64,000 bases of DNA from Eledone cirrhosa (GCA_964016885.1 OZ024743.1:345278001-345342000); one strand, 5' to 3'; positions 1 through 20,185 are shown, counted from the stretch's first letter. Numbers and translations: made by a program. Notes: generated from the letters alone by a model not told the origin.

Positions 1-251
1 ACCCCACATCTCCCCTCTTCCGACCAACCCAACCACGGATTACACATATTGGACATCGATCCCTAGAATCCACCACATCCCAAGGATATTACCCAGCATT
101 CCACCACATCCTCTACGGAACTACCTTAAGGACTCACCCACAGACATACACTCAAAACAATTTTTTCCCACACGCCACCTACATCCACAACACGCATAAA
201 CACCACACACACGTGCGTACCACCACATATTTACACACTCAGCCTCCGGAA

Positions 252-585
252 TGATGGTATCCAATGATGTTAACATGTTCTTCTTTTTGGTAAATATCAT
301 CTTGGTTAAGAGAGTGGGACTGGCTTTGTGCAGTGCCTTTGCTCACTATAAAAGCTTCACGGCACAGGATTTCTTTATATCTGGAGATCTCTCTGCACTT
401 GTCGTCAGATGGTACCATGGGCCCAGCACTGTGTGTCAGTAATTGTCACAAGTGTAGTGTTTGTACCAGAGTTTTCAAGTCGCTGGCTGGACTAAAAAGT
501 TACACTTGTTCAGCGCATCGGTAGGGGTTCCCCTACATGGATATAAAGTAGTGGCCGTACTCGAAAACGTGTTGGCAGCCACCAT
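252..585 (+). mobile_element. 3' portion of a non-autonomous RTE-derived retroelement (same family as 62105-62710)
   Basis: Near-identical to 62374-62710. Encodes a terminal C2H2-like motif (HKCSVCTRVFKSLAGLKS..SAHR*) resembling RTE ORF C-termini and ends in a (TATG)n tail. Confidence 0.7.
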
Positions 586-845
586 GTATGTATGTATGTG
601 TGTGTGTGTGTGAGTGTGATATACAGACTTACATGACTTGCTGAAATGCATGCATCCACTTGTATATAACATATATCTGAATGCTTTTGACATAAGTAAG
701 AATAAAACTTTGTACAAAATAGATACGCATGCGCTTGTGAGGGCGTGGGTTCAGTGAGGTTCGTTTTATGTTCAGTGTAGCTTTTCTTTTCTGCTTCATA
801 CATATATATAAATGTATATATATATATATATATACATATATATAA

Positions 846-892
<47 letters not shown>

Positions 893-1479
893 AATGTACC
901 TTTCATGAGTTGTGTTACAAAGTGTGAGGTTGCTAGGGTAAGCTTAAAACTTTGATGAAGGGTTGAAATAAAGATCGAACAAGCGAGAAAAAATAATGTA
1001 TCGAAGGAAGAATGTCTTTGAGTATTACGTTCAGTTGATTCCAGCAGCAGCTTCTACAACAACAACAATGATAATAACATCAACTTACAAATATAGAAAA
1101 AGAATAAAAAGCATTAACTACAATATCTATAACAACATAAGCAAAGATTTAACACCAAGTAAGTGTTGATGTTATTAAAAAGAATGAATACATCTAAAAC
1201 ACACTGAAATGCCTTACCGTTAGTTCTTTTCATTTCATATAACTAAATACACAATATATTACTAAACAAACAGTAAATATAACATTGAAGTTCACAAAAT
1301 TCGAAATAAACCCACATAAATAATACAAAATTGACACGCATTATATGTGAGAATTACACATGAAAACATAAAAGGTGTACACCAAATATCTCCAAGAAAT
1401 ATTAAGAAAACTCTAAAAATATATATAGATATATAGATATATATGTGTGTAAAATATAACAAAATCGTAGACAATGTTA

Positions 1480-1860
1480 TTTGGCAGAATCTTTAGAGCG
1501 AACTGTAAAATATCTTTCTTTATTTTTTCTGACTCTTAGTTCTCAAAATTCAAATTCCGCCGGTGTCAATATTGGTTTTTATTTTTTCAGGTTCGATAAA
1601 ATGTACCAGCCGGAGGCGGAGATCGATGGAATTGGTATTGCCTTATGTCCTTTGTTTTAGCTGTCTGCCCTGTAAGTTGAAATACCACAGAAATCAAATT
1701 TGCCTTACATTGTTTCAAGGTTGAGAAAGTGAAGTAGAAATTCAGTGTTGTGGTTTGCGGAAAGGTTAAGAACGTCAGTCAAGATATTTAGTTACGAGAT
1801 ATTTGTTCCGGATTTCAGCATTCGGAGTTGAAATGGGTCGTAGATTTTGATCTCTAACCT
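1480..1860 (+). mobile_element. Old, diverged copies of the tRNA-derived SINE
   Basis: Degenerate matches to the SINE consensus (tggcagaatc.., ttcaaattccgccggtgtc, ttcgataaaatgtaccag). Confidence 0.5.
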
Positions 1861-2130
1861 ATTTAAAACATCATCACCTAGCCCTTGTATGGGTTAGCTG
1901 AGTCAACTGGGCTACAAGCATTCGAACCTGATCTACAGTTTGAGAATACATCTATGCTTCCTTCCCCTGAATCATACGGGCCCTAAATTGAGTCATGGGA
2001 AATACTCTTCCTTTCTGACTAAACAGAAAATAAACATATATGAATGAATATGTGAATATACACACGCCCCCCCCCCCCTACATATATATATATATATAGC
2101 ATTTTCTACTGTTTTTTTTTCTTTTTAACT

Positions 2131-2184
<54 letters not shown>

Positions 2185-2429
2185 AAGTATCAAAGTTTTG
2201 CATAGGGATCGTTCTATAATATTCCACGAAGAAAACCGATATCGTTATTTTGAGAAGCACGGTATGTTTATAAAAGGCCTTTCTAAGTGTTGATGTATTT
2301 ATTCCTTCTCTAATATTCTTTCTTTTACACAAGCATATACAATGATATCACTCCGTTCAGTGGTGTCACAAAAACAGTTCTAATGGAGCACTATCAGGAA
2401 TTCTTCCTCGTGATGCAGTTCGGCTCAAG

Positions 2430-2700
2430 ATACAGGACGCTGCATCAGGACAACGCTAGGGTATTCTTCTCAGCTATTCCAAGCTGTCTGTCTTCTGGTT
2501 GTTTTCCAAACTGAAGATGCCACTGAGATATTCCCGGTTTGAGAGCCGAAGGACATCATGTGTACTGCCACAGCATGAGTGAGTGACATTTAAAAAAAAA
2601 ATATTCCTTCAAATAGTGGAATTATCGGTAGCTAATTGTGTGTAGACCCAAGTGGCCTATGTCGATGAACCCCACCAAGTATGTAATTCTTCTCTAGCCA
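2430..2700 (+). mobile_element. Decayed mariner transposase fragment
   Basis: Translates to TLHQDNAR and FWLFSKLKMPL, matching mariner DD34D catalytic-region motifs; broken by deletions. Confidence 0.6.
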
Positions 2701-3424
2701 AAGTTTTATACGATCTTTTCAGACCTCATATATAGAACTATATGATTGTGATATGAAGTTAATATTGAAGACTTTAAAGGCTATTCTTGAAAGCGAAATT
2801 AAAAAAGCCTTATGAGAGACATTTGTATACACCATGGTATATGGTTGGCTGCATTTACTAATGTTTGTATTTTTGCAGTTGCCACTGTCTTGTCTAGTAA
2901 GTTTGCCTGAATTTTACTTGTTGTCATCGGATATTTCTCCAAGTTATGTATTTCATATCATGCTTTATAATTTCATGTAGTTAAATAATTGATATCACAG
3001 ATTACTTTACATAAGTCAAGTGTCATTCCGACAATTATGATTTGATAGACATTCAAAGAAACATAAAGAGATAACGAGATAACGAGACTGGCAGATAAAT
3101 AGAGAGACAGACAAATAAAAATAGACAGAGGTAAATTAAGTTTGTATCTGCTCATATGCCATTTGTAGGATTTATACCCAGTTTTTGTTTATTTCGGTTA
3201 TCATTCTGTATGCATTACCGGTAGTCCAAAAAGAAATTTCTATAAAATGAATAAGATGCATACTTAACAACACCCTACCCCTCTCTCACACCCACACCCA
3301 CACTGTATGGGATTTATATATATATTCAATTCCATATGATTATTTATCTATATGCATATGTGCATGTATGCATGCGTGTATGTATATAAGTAAATGTGAA
3401 TTATGTATGTATGTATGTAATTTG

Positions 3425-3955
3425 CTCTTCAGCGCTACTGCTAACCCTGTACAACCTGTGCATGGGCGGGTCGTCGGCGACTAAACCAGAAACCCCACCA
3501 AGTTTGCTTGGTGAGGAGGGTGCTTTTTGATATCCTACGGAGTGAAAAACGAAACCCGTCAAAGGGCAGTGGAACTCAGGAGGTCAACGGCTATCCAATA
3601 AAGTCTTTTATTTTTTTATGAAGCGAGAGACACATAGTCTTCATTAAGACATCTCTCTAGGAGAAGGTCACTCTAATACAAAACCTGCGACTTCATGTGT
3701 ATCCAATATGGTAGACCAGTTATTTTTGAGTAAATGCATTCGATGTTCAGAGAATGGGATTGGTCCCGTGCAAAGCCTTTCTTCACTTAAAACATCTTCA
3801 AGCGCAGGCATCGCTTGATATGTGATATTTTTTGCGATGCATGGTATTGCTGGCCATAGGCAAGTCCCTAGCTAGACTAAAAACCCACGTCCGTGATACT
3901 CATGCTTAAGTATGAATCACTGGCGTTACTCGAAATCGAGTTGAGCCATCATGTA
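3425..3955 (+). mobile_element. Diverged copy of the internally deleted RTE-derived element
   Basis: Shares the 5' block (gtacaacctgt..gggtcgt.ggcgactaaac..accccaccaag..cttggtgaggaggg), the ctaggagaagg block and the 3' end (actcgaaa.cgagttg..gccatcatgtatg) with 62105-62710. Confidence 0.65.
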
Positions 3956-3980
3956 TGTATGTATGCATGTATGTATCTAT

Positions 3981-6750
3981 AGAAACTAGTCACCTGTATA
4001 GTCAACCATGATAGAATACATAGACAAGGACCCGGATACTGGAAGCTGAACATGACGTTACCGACGCGTAAAGCCTACAGTCGACTGATAAGTAGATTAG
4101 TTAAGCAACAGTTGACGGGAGCCATCATCAACAATAGATGGTGGTACTCTCACAAGAGAGCAATTAGAGTAGAGTCGATAGCTTTTAGCAAAGAACTAGC
4201 CTTAGAGAAAAAACAAGACAGAAAGTGAACTAGTAGCCAAGGTAGAGGAGGCACTTAGGAGTAGCAACGCAACCAGAGTGCTAGCAATAAGAACAGCACT
4301 TGACCAGTTTTTCGATGCGAAACACGAAGGCCGCGTATTCAGGAGTAGATCACGTGCTCTAGGAAACGAGGGAGCAAAAGCTGTAAGCTGGGCCCGAGTG
4401 GCAACAAGTCCACGATTCGGTCTTTGAAAGACCAAAACGGACGCGTGCTACATGACTCCAAGCGGATGTGCACGGTCTTTCAGCGGCACTTTGCGCAACC
4501 TTCGAGCAGAGCGGCGGTGCGCCAAACGAGGCAATGGACTTCCGTTCATAACTTGACGGCCTGCCGCGTCACTCGAGCATGAACGCCGAGTTCTACTGAG
4601 ATACGGGACGCTCTGGGCCGCTGCGGGAAGCACAAATCACCCGGTCTAGATGGTCTAACCTATGAGTTTTACATAGGCATGCCGGACTTGTTCTCTGGCG
4701 TTCTCGAAGCCGTCTACTGCAACTGGCAGTAGAACGAGAGAATTCACAGTTCTGCAGACAGGGGCGTAGTAACGCTGATCAGGAAAGACGAGAACATGGG
4801 GGACGAACTAAGAAACTTTAGGCCCATAACTCTCCTAAACACAGTGTTAAAGATTTTGGCCAAGGTGTTAGCAACGAGGCTGGCGCTTGTCGTCAAGAAC
4901 CTGGTGGGAAAAGCGCAAACGTGTGCAATTCCAACCAAGTCCATACACGACAACCTCCACCTCATGCGATACATCATAGAGGTTGGGGTGTAAACCAGGC
5001 TTAGGTGGGGCTTTGATCAATTTAGATCAGTCTAAGGCGTTCGATAGGGTCGACTTGGAAGTGGTTCTCAAGGCGGCCGGTTTTGGACCCGTCTTCAGAG
5101 GCTGGATCGCCGCAATGCACACCAAGGTGACGGTCAAGGTGGACGGTTACCTATCGGAGCCATTCGCAATCACGCGTTCCATCCGACATGGATACCCTCT
5201 CTCCTCCATTCTGTACGTATTGACTCTAGAGCCACTACTGCGGAAGTTGGAGCTGCTGCAGGGCGTCCCGTTGGAACCGGGACTGCGGAAAGCAGCGTTG
5301 GTTTATGCCGACGACGTGACAGTAATGGTGTCGAAAACAATGGAAATCGGGGCGATCGGCAACTAACTGCAGGAATTCGAAAGGCTCAGAGGAGCAAAAC
5401 TGAACCCGGACAAATCTGTCGGTTTGCAACTCGGAACGTGGAGAGGCAAACCGATGCCGTTCGACAGCATCGTCGGACGCTGGACGGAAGGACCTGGGAA
5501 GTTGCTCGGGGTCTGGTTCGGTCAGGACCTCCAGGTGGAGAAAATCTGGAACTAGGTCACGGCCAAGGTATTTGCGCTCAACCAGAAGTGGGCAGAGTGC
5601 AAACTATCCTTGAAAGGTCGAGCGGAGGTGGCGCACACTTTCATAGCGTCCGTCATCTACTACCGCTTGACCGTTGTCCCTTGTCCCCGTGAAAACCTCA
5701 CCAAGATGGAACGCATGTTCTTCCAGTTCCTTTCGAAGAAGCAGGCTCCACTGGTGTGGAGATCCGTCTGCTGTCAGCACCCTTCCAACGGAGGGCTGGG
5801 AATTCCGTGGCTGATGATGCGCAAACATGAGCCGAGGCTACGGCATCTCCAGGTATTCCTCACCGACCAACCAGTGTAGGCAGCGTTTATAAGACAGGCC
5901 TTCCCGCAACTTATCTCGCTGACGGAGCTACGGTCCTGGGTCGTCGAAGACAACGAGCTCACCAGTCTGTTCGGTAGAACTTTCCGACCGGGACCTATGG
6001 ACAACTTCCAAAGGTCCCTGGCCTGGCAGTGCTACTGAGGAGCTCTACTAGTTCGAGACAAGATCTACAGGCACGGACGCCCCGGCAACGATCCTTCCAA
6101 GAGGACGTGTCCAAGATGCGAGCAGGACATTGAAACCGTCTTGCACGCAATTGTACACTCCACGAGCGTAATCGACCTGTGGAACTACCCAGAACAACTG
6201 CTGTCGCGTATGGGACAAATCCAGTTGACTGCCGAGACCATAGTAAAGATCAAACCGCCAACTTCTTTCAAAAACGAAAGAGAGGCGGTTTTCCTCTTTA
6301 TAGTGACTATGGTAAAAGAGGTTATATGGAGGACGAGATTGAGAGGACTGAGGACAGATGCCTTTCTCTCCGGACAACAACTCATTCCCTTCTTTAGGTA
6401 TCACTTTAGAAGGAGAATCAGAGCAGAGAGTGAAGCATTGCGCCCCAGTAAATTCACTGAAAGGTGGGTGAATGTAGCAAAAAGGGCCCGAGTGATTGGG
6501 CCTTCTCTGTTGGGTGAAGAAGAGAGCAAAAAGAAGAAAGGAGCACTTGCACAACACGCTCCTTGAGTTGAGATTGTTCTATCGACGGGTATTAAACAAC
6601 CCATTTGTAACGCCTCCCCCCTATTGGGGATTTCGATTCTTAAACTTGTTTGTTTTAACAATATTTTTACACGACTGTATGTAAAATCACCGGCATGTGT
6701 CTTTGTATTGTCCCCTTTTCTTGTGCGCCCTTGTGGCAAATAAAGAAATC
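3981..6750 (+). mobile_element. 5'-truncated Tx1/L1-clade LINE (ORF2 reverse transcriptase pseudogene plus 3' UTR)
   Basis: Motifs GPGYWKLN, NFRPITLLNTVLKILAKVLA, LDQSKAFDRVD, GYPLSSILYVL, YADDVTV, GGLGIP and a C-terminal CxxC. Multiple stops and frameshifts. Ends ccttgtggcaaataaagaaa then (TCTA)n. Confidence 0.9.
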
Positions 6751-6845
6751 TATCTATCTAACTATCTATCTATATATATATATCCCTCGCTCCCCACCTC
6801 TCTCTCGCTCCCTCTCTCACTCTTTCTCTCTCCCCTCTCTCTCTC

Positions 6846-6886
<41 letters not shown>

Positions 6887-7312
6887 CTGTGTGTGTGTTT
6901 GTGTTTTGTCTCTGCGTGCATGTATGCGTATATATGTGTAAAAGTGTGTATGCTTTTACATGCATTTATTTTTTTGAATAAATGTGTTTGCGTGTGTGTA
7001 TGTATCTATGTTTGTGCGTGATTATGTGTGTATGTACATATATGAATGCGTGTTTATTTATATGTGTAATTAATGTCCAATATGGGCAACGCAAGCATTT
7101 GGTTCAACGTGATTTGAATGATGACAATGTTGACAGAGAAAATTGGTGTGAATGGAAGTGAATGAAGAAGGAAGTGGTTGTAGGTATGGGTTGGGCAGAA
7201 TGACTGTGCAAGGTAAATATACGTAGGGGCAGGGTAGGCACAGTGGTAGAGGCAAACCTAGTAACCGTTCCATACACACAGGCACACATACACACACACA
7301 CACACACGCACA

Positions 7313-7364
<52 letters not shown>

Positions 7365-7839
7365 CACACTCATATATGGATTTGAGAGACACGTCTTGAG
7401 ATAATGATATAACGACACAGCATACAGGCATATACACACAGATAGACTCACACACACAGAGGCGCAAATCCACAATTAATAGCATGTATAACAAATAAAT
7501 ATGTCGATGCATAACCGAGCGGTAAAACATGGTGACTAGGTAATCATTTTGAAAGCAGTTAAAATTCACTGTTTTTCATCTTGGGCTTATCTTTTCTACT
7601 GAAATCTACTGTAAGTGAATTCTCAACTCTGGTACAAAAATAACTTCGGTTTTTGTTATTTGCTGCATATTTTAGAATATAAATTTATGTAATTATCTTC
7701 AAGCAATGTAACATTTAAATAACATCTATCAGTTTATATAGTTATGTTAATGGTTGGCTTCCACTGTGTATTTTTGTATATTTTAGCTATCAAATAATAA
7801 ATGGAAAATTTAAGGAAATTCACGTGATTTTGAGCATAG

Positions 7840-8130
7840 GTCGGAGATCAGAGAGTCACTCCACGTAGAACTACTATTCCTCCGAATTGAGACATCTCAG
7901 CTCCGATACTGCTTATACGTGGTTTAGAATGTCTCAGGAAAGAATCCCTGAGCAGATTTTACGGGCAAAACCAACTGGTTGGAGACCTAAAGTTAAACCC
8001 CAAGCAAGATGGTTGGATAACATCAATGAACTTGGCAGGTTTCGCATGGTTATCCAGCTGGATCAGTTGGGGACGGTTGCTTCTGAAAGGAGCCGCTTGA
8101 AGGAGTGTTTCATGACTCAAAACGCGTAAT
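7840..8130 (+). mobile_element. RTE-clade LINE 3' fragment
   Basis: RMSQERIPEQILRAKPTGWRP..PQARWLDNI; homologous to 10340-10620. Confidence 0.7.
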
Positions 8131-8379
8131 ATTTTATTGTATGGAAGCCGTGAAAACGCTTCGCAAATTGAAGCAGGATTTTCGTCAAAAACAATTCACA
8201 TTTCAGCATTGGTTTATAAAATGGGGATATGTGACAAAAATAGATTCTACACTATAACCAAAGGTGACTGAGGTGAAAGAGTAACATATTTTCTAAGTGG
8301 CATATAAAAGAATGTTATACCGATTCTTTGATAGTCAACAAGTTAAATAGTCAACTACTATATTAAAAATTCTTATGAA

Positions 8380-8700
8380 AGCATCCCGACAGGAACTTAT
8401 TCACAGGAAATTGACAAATGTTGTGCAAAGGAAATGTAAAGGCCGATACAGCTTGGCACAAGTTTCCAATCAGCTATCATTTTTTTCGAGCATCTCGATA
8501 ACCTCTTGGAAAAGGTCTTCAAAAACCAGTCTGTAGTTCAAAGGGCCTTAGAAGAATTCATTATTTTTGATGTCTGAAATCCATTGCTACCAGAGTAAAT
8601 AAATTTGTTCTCTTTGACTAGAACATTTAAATTCCAATGGTTATTATTTCGATCAAAAAGTCATTCTTTTATGAGGGCTGTTATGTGGTTCTTCTATCCA
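8380..8700 (+). mobile_element. Decayed mariner transposase 3' fragment
   Basis: YHFFEHLDNLL-like translation resembling the mariner DYHLF..L region. Confidence 0.45.
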
Positions 8701-9866
8701 CGAGAAATAGCAGCCATCTCTCCCTAAAAGTATAGGTAACGATCTTAAAACTCATCGTGAATAACATGGTCCTGTGTTCTTTCATATATGATAAAGAACC
8801 ATGACTGGAATACGTTTGATCAAAAGATCGATTCTTACCTAGCGCTAAACAATAACAGACACACCATCAGAACAGAGTTTAGGTATTTATTTCTACCACA
8901 CATCTGTGAAATATCTTTTGTTTATTCCATGATATGCTATGATTTTAAATGTTATTGAAATTCGTATATATACTGTAAACGTTATAAAAAAAAAATTCTT
9001 AAACGTGAGCTTCAAAAGTCTGAATCAAACGATAATGTTAATCTGAATGATGACAAAATATTTTAAGTGGATAGAGTCTCATAATGTTCGTGTCAGTCTA
9101 TAAACGAAATGCTCTAAAAAATTGAATTAAAAATGTGTATAGCTTATGTTCGAAATCAGACAGAGCTTTCACGAAAAATCATAAGTCTTCCTTAACTAAC
9201 TCCCTACTATCATATAATTTAATTCATGCTGAAGAAAACATTTAAAAATCTATATCATGTGACATGGACCTCAAGAATTTTGCGCTTGCTGCACTCTCCT
9301 TGTATTATAGAGGTGCAAACATCCTATCATATTTTGTAGTGGTAGAGATGATAATGATTGATGATGAACATGATGATGAACATGATGATGAACATGATGA
9401 TGACGATAATAATTATGACAATGCCAATAGCAGTGAGGATGATGCTGAGGATCACGATGATAATGATGTATCAGCAAAACATGAGAGCTCAAAGATACTT
9501 CTGTTTGGAATATATTGGAATAGGTGGTATGATATCAACACAATATAAATTCACTGTATGGAATATATAACCCTGTTTTCAAGAAATGCCAAAAATGATA
9601 ATGAACCAAAAGAAAACAGAACTAATTTTTAATCGTAAACGCACGTTGAAAGAAAGATACAAAGATAGGGTAGCATCTCATATTGCATGTGGCATTCACG
9701 TCTGATCTTTTATTTTTCCAACTACAGCAAACCCCTGTTGAAATTGGTAATAGCCAAATGTCTGAATACTACCGTACCCTCATAGTTCACACATAGCGAG
9801 AGGCAATTAGGTTCTAAGTGGGTGCGTATAGAGGCCTATGAGATATTACAAGGGGAAAATACAGCA

Positions 9867-9917
<51 letters not shown>

Positions 9918-10009
9918 TTTTCTTGACCGATGAATCACGTGTTAATTCCTTCCCCCGCTTACGGAGATTTTCTCATTTGCTACTAACGCGTCCTTATCTC
10001 TGAGGTGTT

Positions 10010-10635
10010 CCTTGACAAGCTGATTGTGAATGGAGTTCCAATGAAGCAGGTAGAGAAGTTCAAAGCGCGTGTTCACGAGAGATCGTAGGCAGGAGGCTGA
10101 ATTAAGTGCAAGAATTGCAGGAGCTGGTGCAACAATGCGCCAACTTCAGCATTCGATAATCAGAAAAAGAGAGGTGGATGTGAAAGCCAAATTCGCTATC
10201 TTCAATTCGTTATTCGTACCAACCATTACCTATGGTCCTGAATCGAAATAATACGATCGGGAATACAAGCGGCCGAAATGGTATTCCTCCAAATGGTTTT
10301 CGGAGTAACGTTACTCGATAGAGTGTGTAGCTCAGAGATATGAGAGTCACTCAATATAGAGCTGATACTTTTTCGAATTGAGAGATCACAGCTCCTATAC
10401 TATGGGTATATGATTAGAATGTCTCAGGAAAGAATTGTTGGACAGACTTAATGGGCAAAACCAACTGGCAGAATATCCCGTGGTAGACCCCAAGTAAGAT
10501 GGTCGTATAACATCCATGACCTTGGCTGGTCTCATTTGGGCATCCAGCCGGATCAGTTGGAGACGGGCGCCACCGGAAGGAGTGTTTGAGGACTCTGTCC
10601 CCACGACCCTCTCAGGATTAAATGGGCGATGAAGA
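10010..10635 (+). mobile_element. RTE-clade LINE 3' fragment
   Basis: ELSARIAGAGATMRQL..KAKFAIFNSLFVPTITYGPES, RIQAAEM and GRPQVRW are typical of the RTE ORF C-terminal half. Confidence 0.8.
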
Positions 10636-10654
10636 ATATATACATATCTATACG

Positions 10655-10800
10655 TAAAAGGCAAACAGAAATAACAAAACAGACGAAACAGTACGATGAA
10701 GAAATAAATTATTAGTTTTACGCTTGGTATAATAAGAAAAGTGTCTTAATGTTTCGGACGATAGTCCATCATAAAAAAATAGAGTTAGAAATTAAAGAAG
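10655..10800 (-). mobile_element. PLE 3' terminus (pseudo-LTR) with degenerate hammerhead
   Basis: Reverse complement resembles 44220-44340 and 50990-51120. Retains GGAC-TATC-GTCC-GAAA but the CTGATGA core is mutated. Confidence 0.6.
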
Positions 10801-10989
10801 AACTAGAAAAATAGAGGAAATGGTGGGAAGAATATAGTCGAGAAATATATATATACCATATATGTGTGTGTCTGAGTATCTGTGTGTCACTGTGTGTATA
10901 TATATATATATGTATGCTTGAACATTTCAAGGAATTGTGTCTTCGCCGTATACTCAGTATCAATTGCAATCAGAAATGAGTGATGTTGA

Positions 10990-11650
10990 GGTGCTGAAAT
11001 TTCAATGCATTTGTTGTAGCATGCCAGCTACTCATGTAAGCTCCTTTGTAGTCCTCCAGTGTGAAGGTGTCCATGGCTCTTGTCACAGGCTGCTTCCAGA
11101 TCCTCAAATAGCATTGAGCTTCTCTTTCAGCTTAGATTGAACTGTAAGGGAAGATGAACGACAGTCTTGATACCAATATCGGCCAAGTAGTTGGTCACCA
11201 GGATGGAATTGTGGAAGGGAGTGTCGTCCTGGTGCAGGTGCCACTGATCGGAATTGAAGAATTCTGCTCCCGTGCGATGAAATCTCTTTCTGAACTGCTT
11301 CAAAGCCTCTACAGAGTGCGCTATGTTGACTGTCTCTTCATGGGGGACCCAGTAGATGTAGATGATGTCCTTTCTGTCGAAGGAGAGGATCATCAAGTAC
11401 TTCCCAGTGAACCTGAATTGCCTGGCCTTCTCGGGTCTTGGGGAGTCAGAATATTTCCACTGGGTTTCTGGATCATAGAATTAGACCCATCTCTCAGCAC
11501 AGGTTACCAGAAACTGAAGGACATTGGGAATCGAAGTGATCCACTCGATCATCTCCCTACTGTCATCAGCACGTCTCTGCTTCTGATCTTCATTGAGCAT
11601 ACAGGGAACAAACTTTGCGCATTGCCAAATCGTCATGAATGACTGCGCAC
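10990..11650 (-). mobile_element. Mariner transposase pseudogene fragment
   Basis: MMILSFDRKDIIYIYWVPHEETVN..WHLHQDDTPFHNS..IKTVVHLP matches the mariner catalytic domain. Confidence 0.85.
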
Positions 11651-11799
11651 AATTTGAATACGCACCAACTTGTTGTCCGTGGATAGTCAGAACCAGCTTT
11701 CCCCCTCTTCACATCACCCCTCTTCACTATCACCTGTTACTGAAGGTTGAGTTTACTACTGCAATGGCTAACTACTCTAGAGCATTCACTTGCTATCTG

Positions 11800-12030
11800 A
11801 TCTGCTCCGGAGTAGCTAATTCCTCCCTGATGAAGCTTCTCTTAGCCAATTATGTAATACTTAATAACATTACGTAATTTCTGTGAACGGTAGCTCCCCT
11901 TTGTTTTGTATTTTTCCCCCATTCTTTCCTCTTCTCACTCTTTATCTTTGTATTTTATCTTCTATTTGTTTCTCTAACTGCTGATGTATAGTGTTGTTTG
12001 CTTTGTTATTTCTGTTTACCTTTCATACAT
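11800..12030 (+). mobile_element. Probable PLE 3' end with degenerate hammerhead
   Basis: CTGATGAAG at ~11828, a long AT-rich stem, then gtgaacggtag (GAAA mutated). The tail ttgttatttctgtttacc is shared with the other PLE ends. Confidence 0.4.
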
Positions 12031-12059
12031 ACACACACACAACACATACGTTTATATAT

Positions 12060-18900
<6,841 letters not shown>

Positions 18901-19054
18901 CACACATCAGGAAGATTAAGATAAGGAAATAATGGAAACAAAAATAAACGGGGTCAAATTAATAATAAAAACAAGAATAATAATGGTTTCTAATTTAGAA
19001 ACACTGGTAGAATGTCATGGAAGAGTATGTCGATAAAATCTAAGGCACTAATTA

Positions 19055-20010
19055 ATTGTTTCTACTTTTGGCACGAGGCCACCAATTATCCTAGTGTATT
19101 ACTGGTACTTTATTTTATCGACCCCGTAAGGATGAAAGCCAAAGCTAACTTCGGCGGGATTCGAACTCAGAATGGCAAGGGCCGTAACTCTATGCGTCAA
19201 AGCATAACGCCTGACCCTCTACCGATACTGCCAATCCACAATAATAATGTTTTTACATTTGGCATAAGGCCAGCAATTACTCCAGTGCACTACTGGTGCT
19301 TTATTTTATTATCGACCCCGTAAGGATGAAAAAACAAAGTTAACCTCGGCGGATTTGAACTCAGAACGTAAAGGGCCATAACTCTATGCTGCTAAGCATG
19401 GTATCTGACGATCTACCGATACTGCCAAACCACCGCCGTTGATGATAATAATAATGTTTTTCTACTTTTGGCACAAGGCCAGCAATAACTCAGTACATTA
19501 CTGGTACTTTATTTTATCGACTCTGTAAAGATGAAAGGCAAAGTTAACCTCAACTGGATTTGAAGTCAGACGTTAAAGGGACGTAACTATGCTAGAAAGC
19601 ATGGCGTCCAACACTCTACCGATACTGCCAATACTGATCACCTATAATAATTATTTCTACTTTTGGCACAAGGCCACCAATTCATTACTGATGGTTTATT
19701 TTATCGAACGCATAGGGATGAATTTACCCATGGCAGGATTTGAACTCAAAGCGTAAAAGGCCGTAACTAAGAGCTGCAAAGCATGGCGTTCGACCCTCTA
19801 CCGATTCTGCATATTAATAATTGTTTCTACTTTAGGCACAAGGCCATCAATTACCCAGTGCATTACTGGTACTTTATTTTATCGACCCCGTAAGGATGAA
19901 AGGCAAAGTTAACCACGGCGGGATTTGAACTCAGACCGTAAAGGGACGTAACTATGCTGGAAAGCATGGCGTCCGACCCTTTACTGATACTGCCAATCCA
20001 CGCCATATAA
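19055..20010 (-). mobile_element. Tandem array of five tRNA-derived (Meta-type) SINE copies, ~170-200 bp each
   Basis: Units begin near 19059, 19251, 19457, 19654 and 19823. On the minus strand each has an A-box-like TGGCAGTATCGGTAG, a B-box GAGTTCRAATCC and the core gcctttcatccttacggggtcgataaa..agtaccag. Units are separated by short AAT runs. Confidence 0.9.
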
Positions 20011-20017
20011 TAATAAT

Positions 20018-20185
20018 GTACTGACAGAATCGTTAGAGAGGCATTTGTTTTGTCTTTTTTCTTTCTGAGTTCAAATCCTGTATAGCTCAACTTTTCATTC
20101 ATCTTTTCGAGTGACATAAAATAGCATTCAACTACTGAAGTTTGGGTAAAGTACTTTTCTCACACCCGAAAATGATAATTTATTT
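20018..20185 (+). mobile_element. Second, diverged SINE subfamily copy
   Basis: Contains the B-box gagttcaaatcc; closely matches the reverse complement of 24410-24565. Confidence 0.6.

Noticed and set aside
1-230. Possible CR1/L2-type LINE 3' remnant (NNFFPHAT..)
   Set aside because: Too short and degraded to support; truncated by the window edge.
9264-9570. Acidic/His-rich ORFs
   Set aside because: Explained by a degenerate GAT repeat.
19055-20010. tRNA gene cluster
   Set aside because: A/B boxes are present but there is no cloverleaf, and the boxes are followed by the SINE core and tail.
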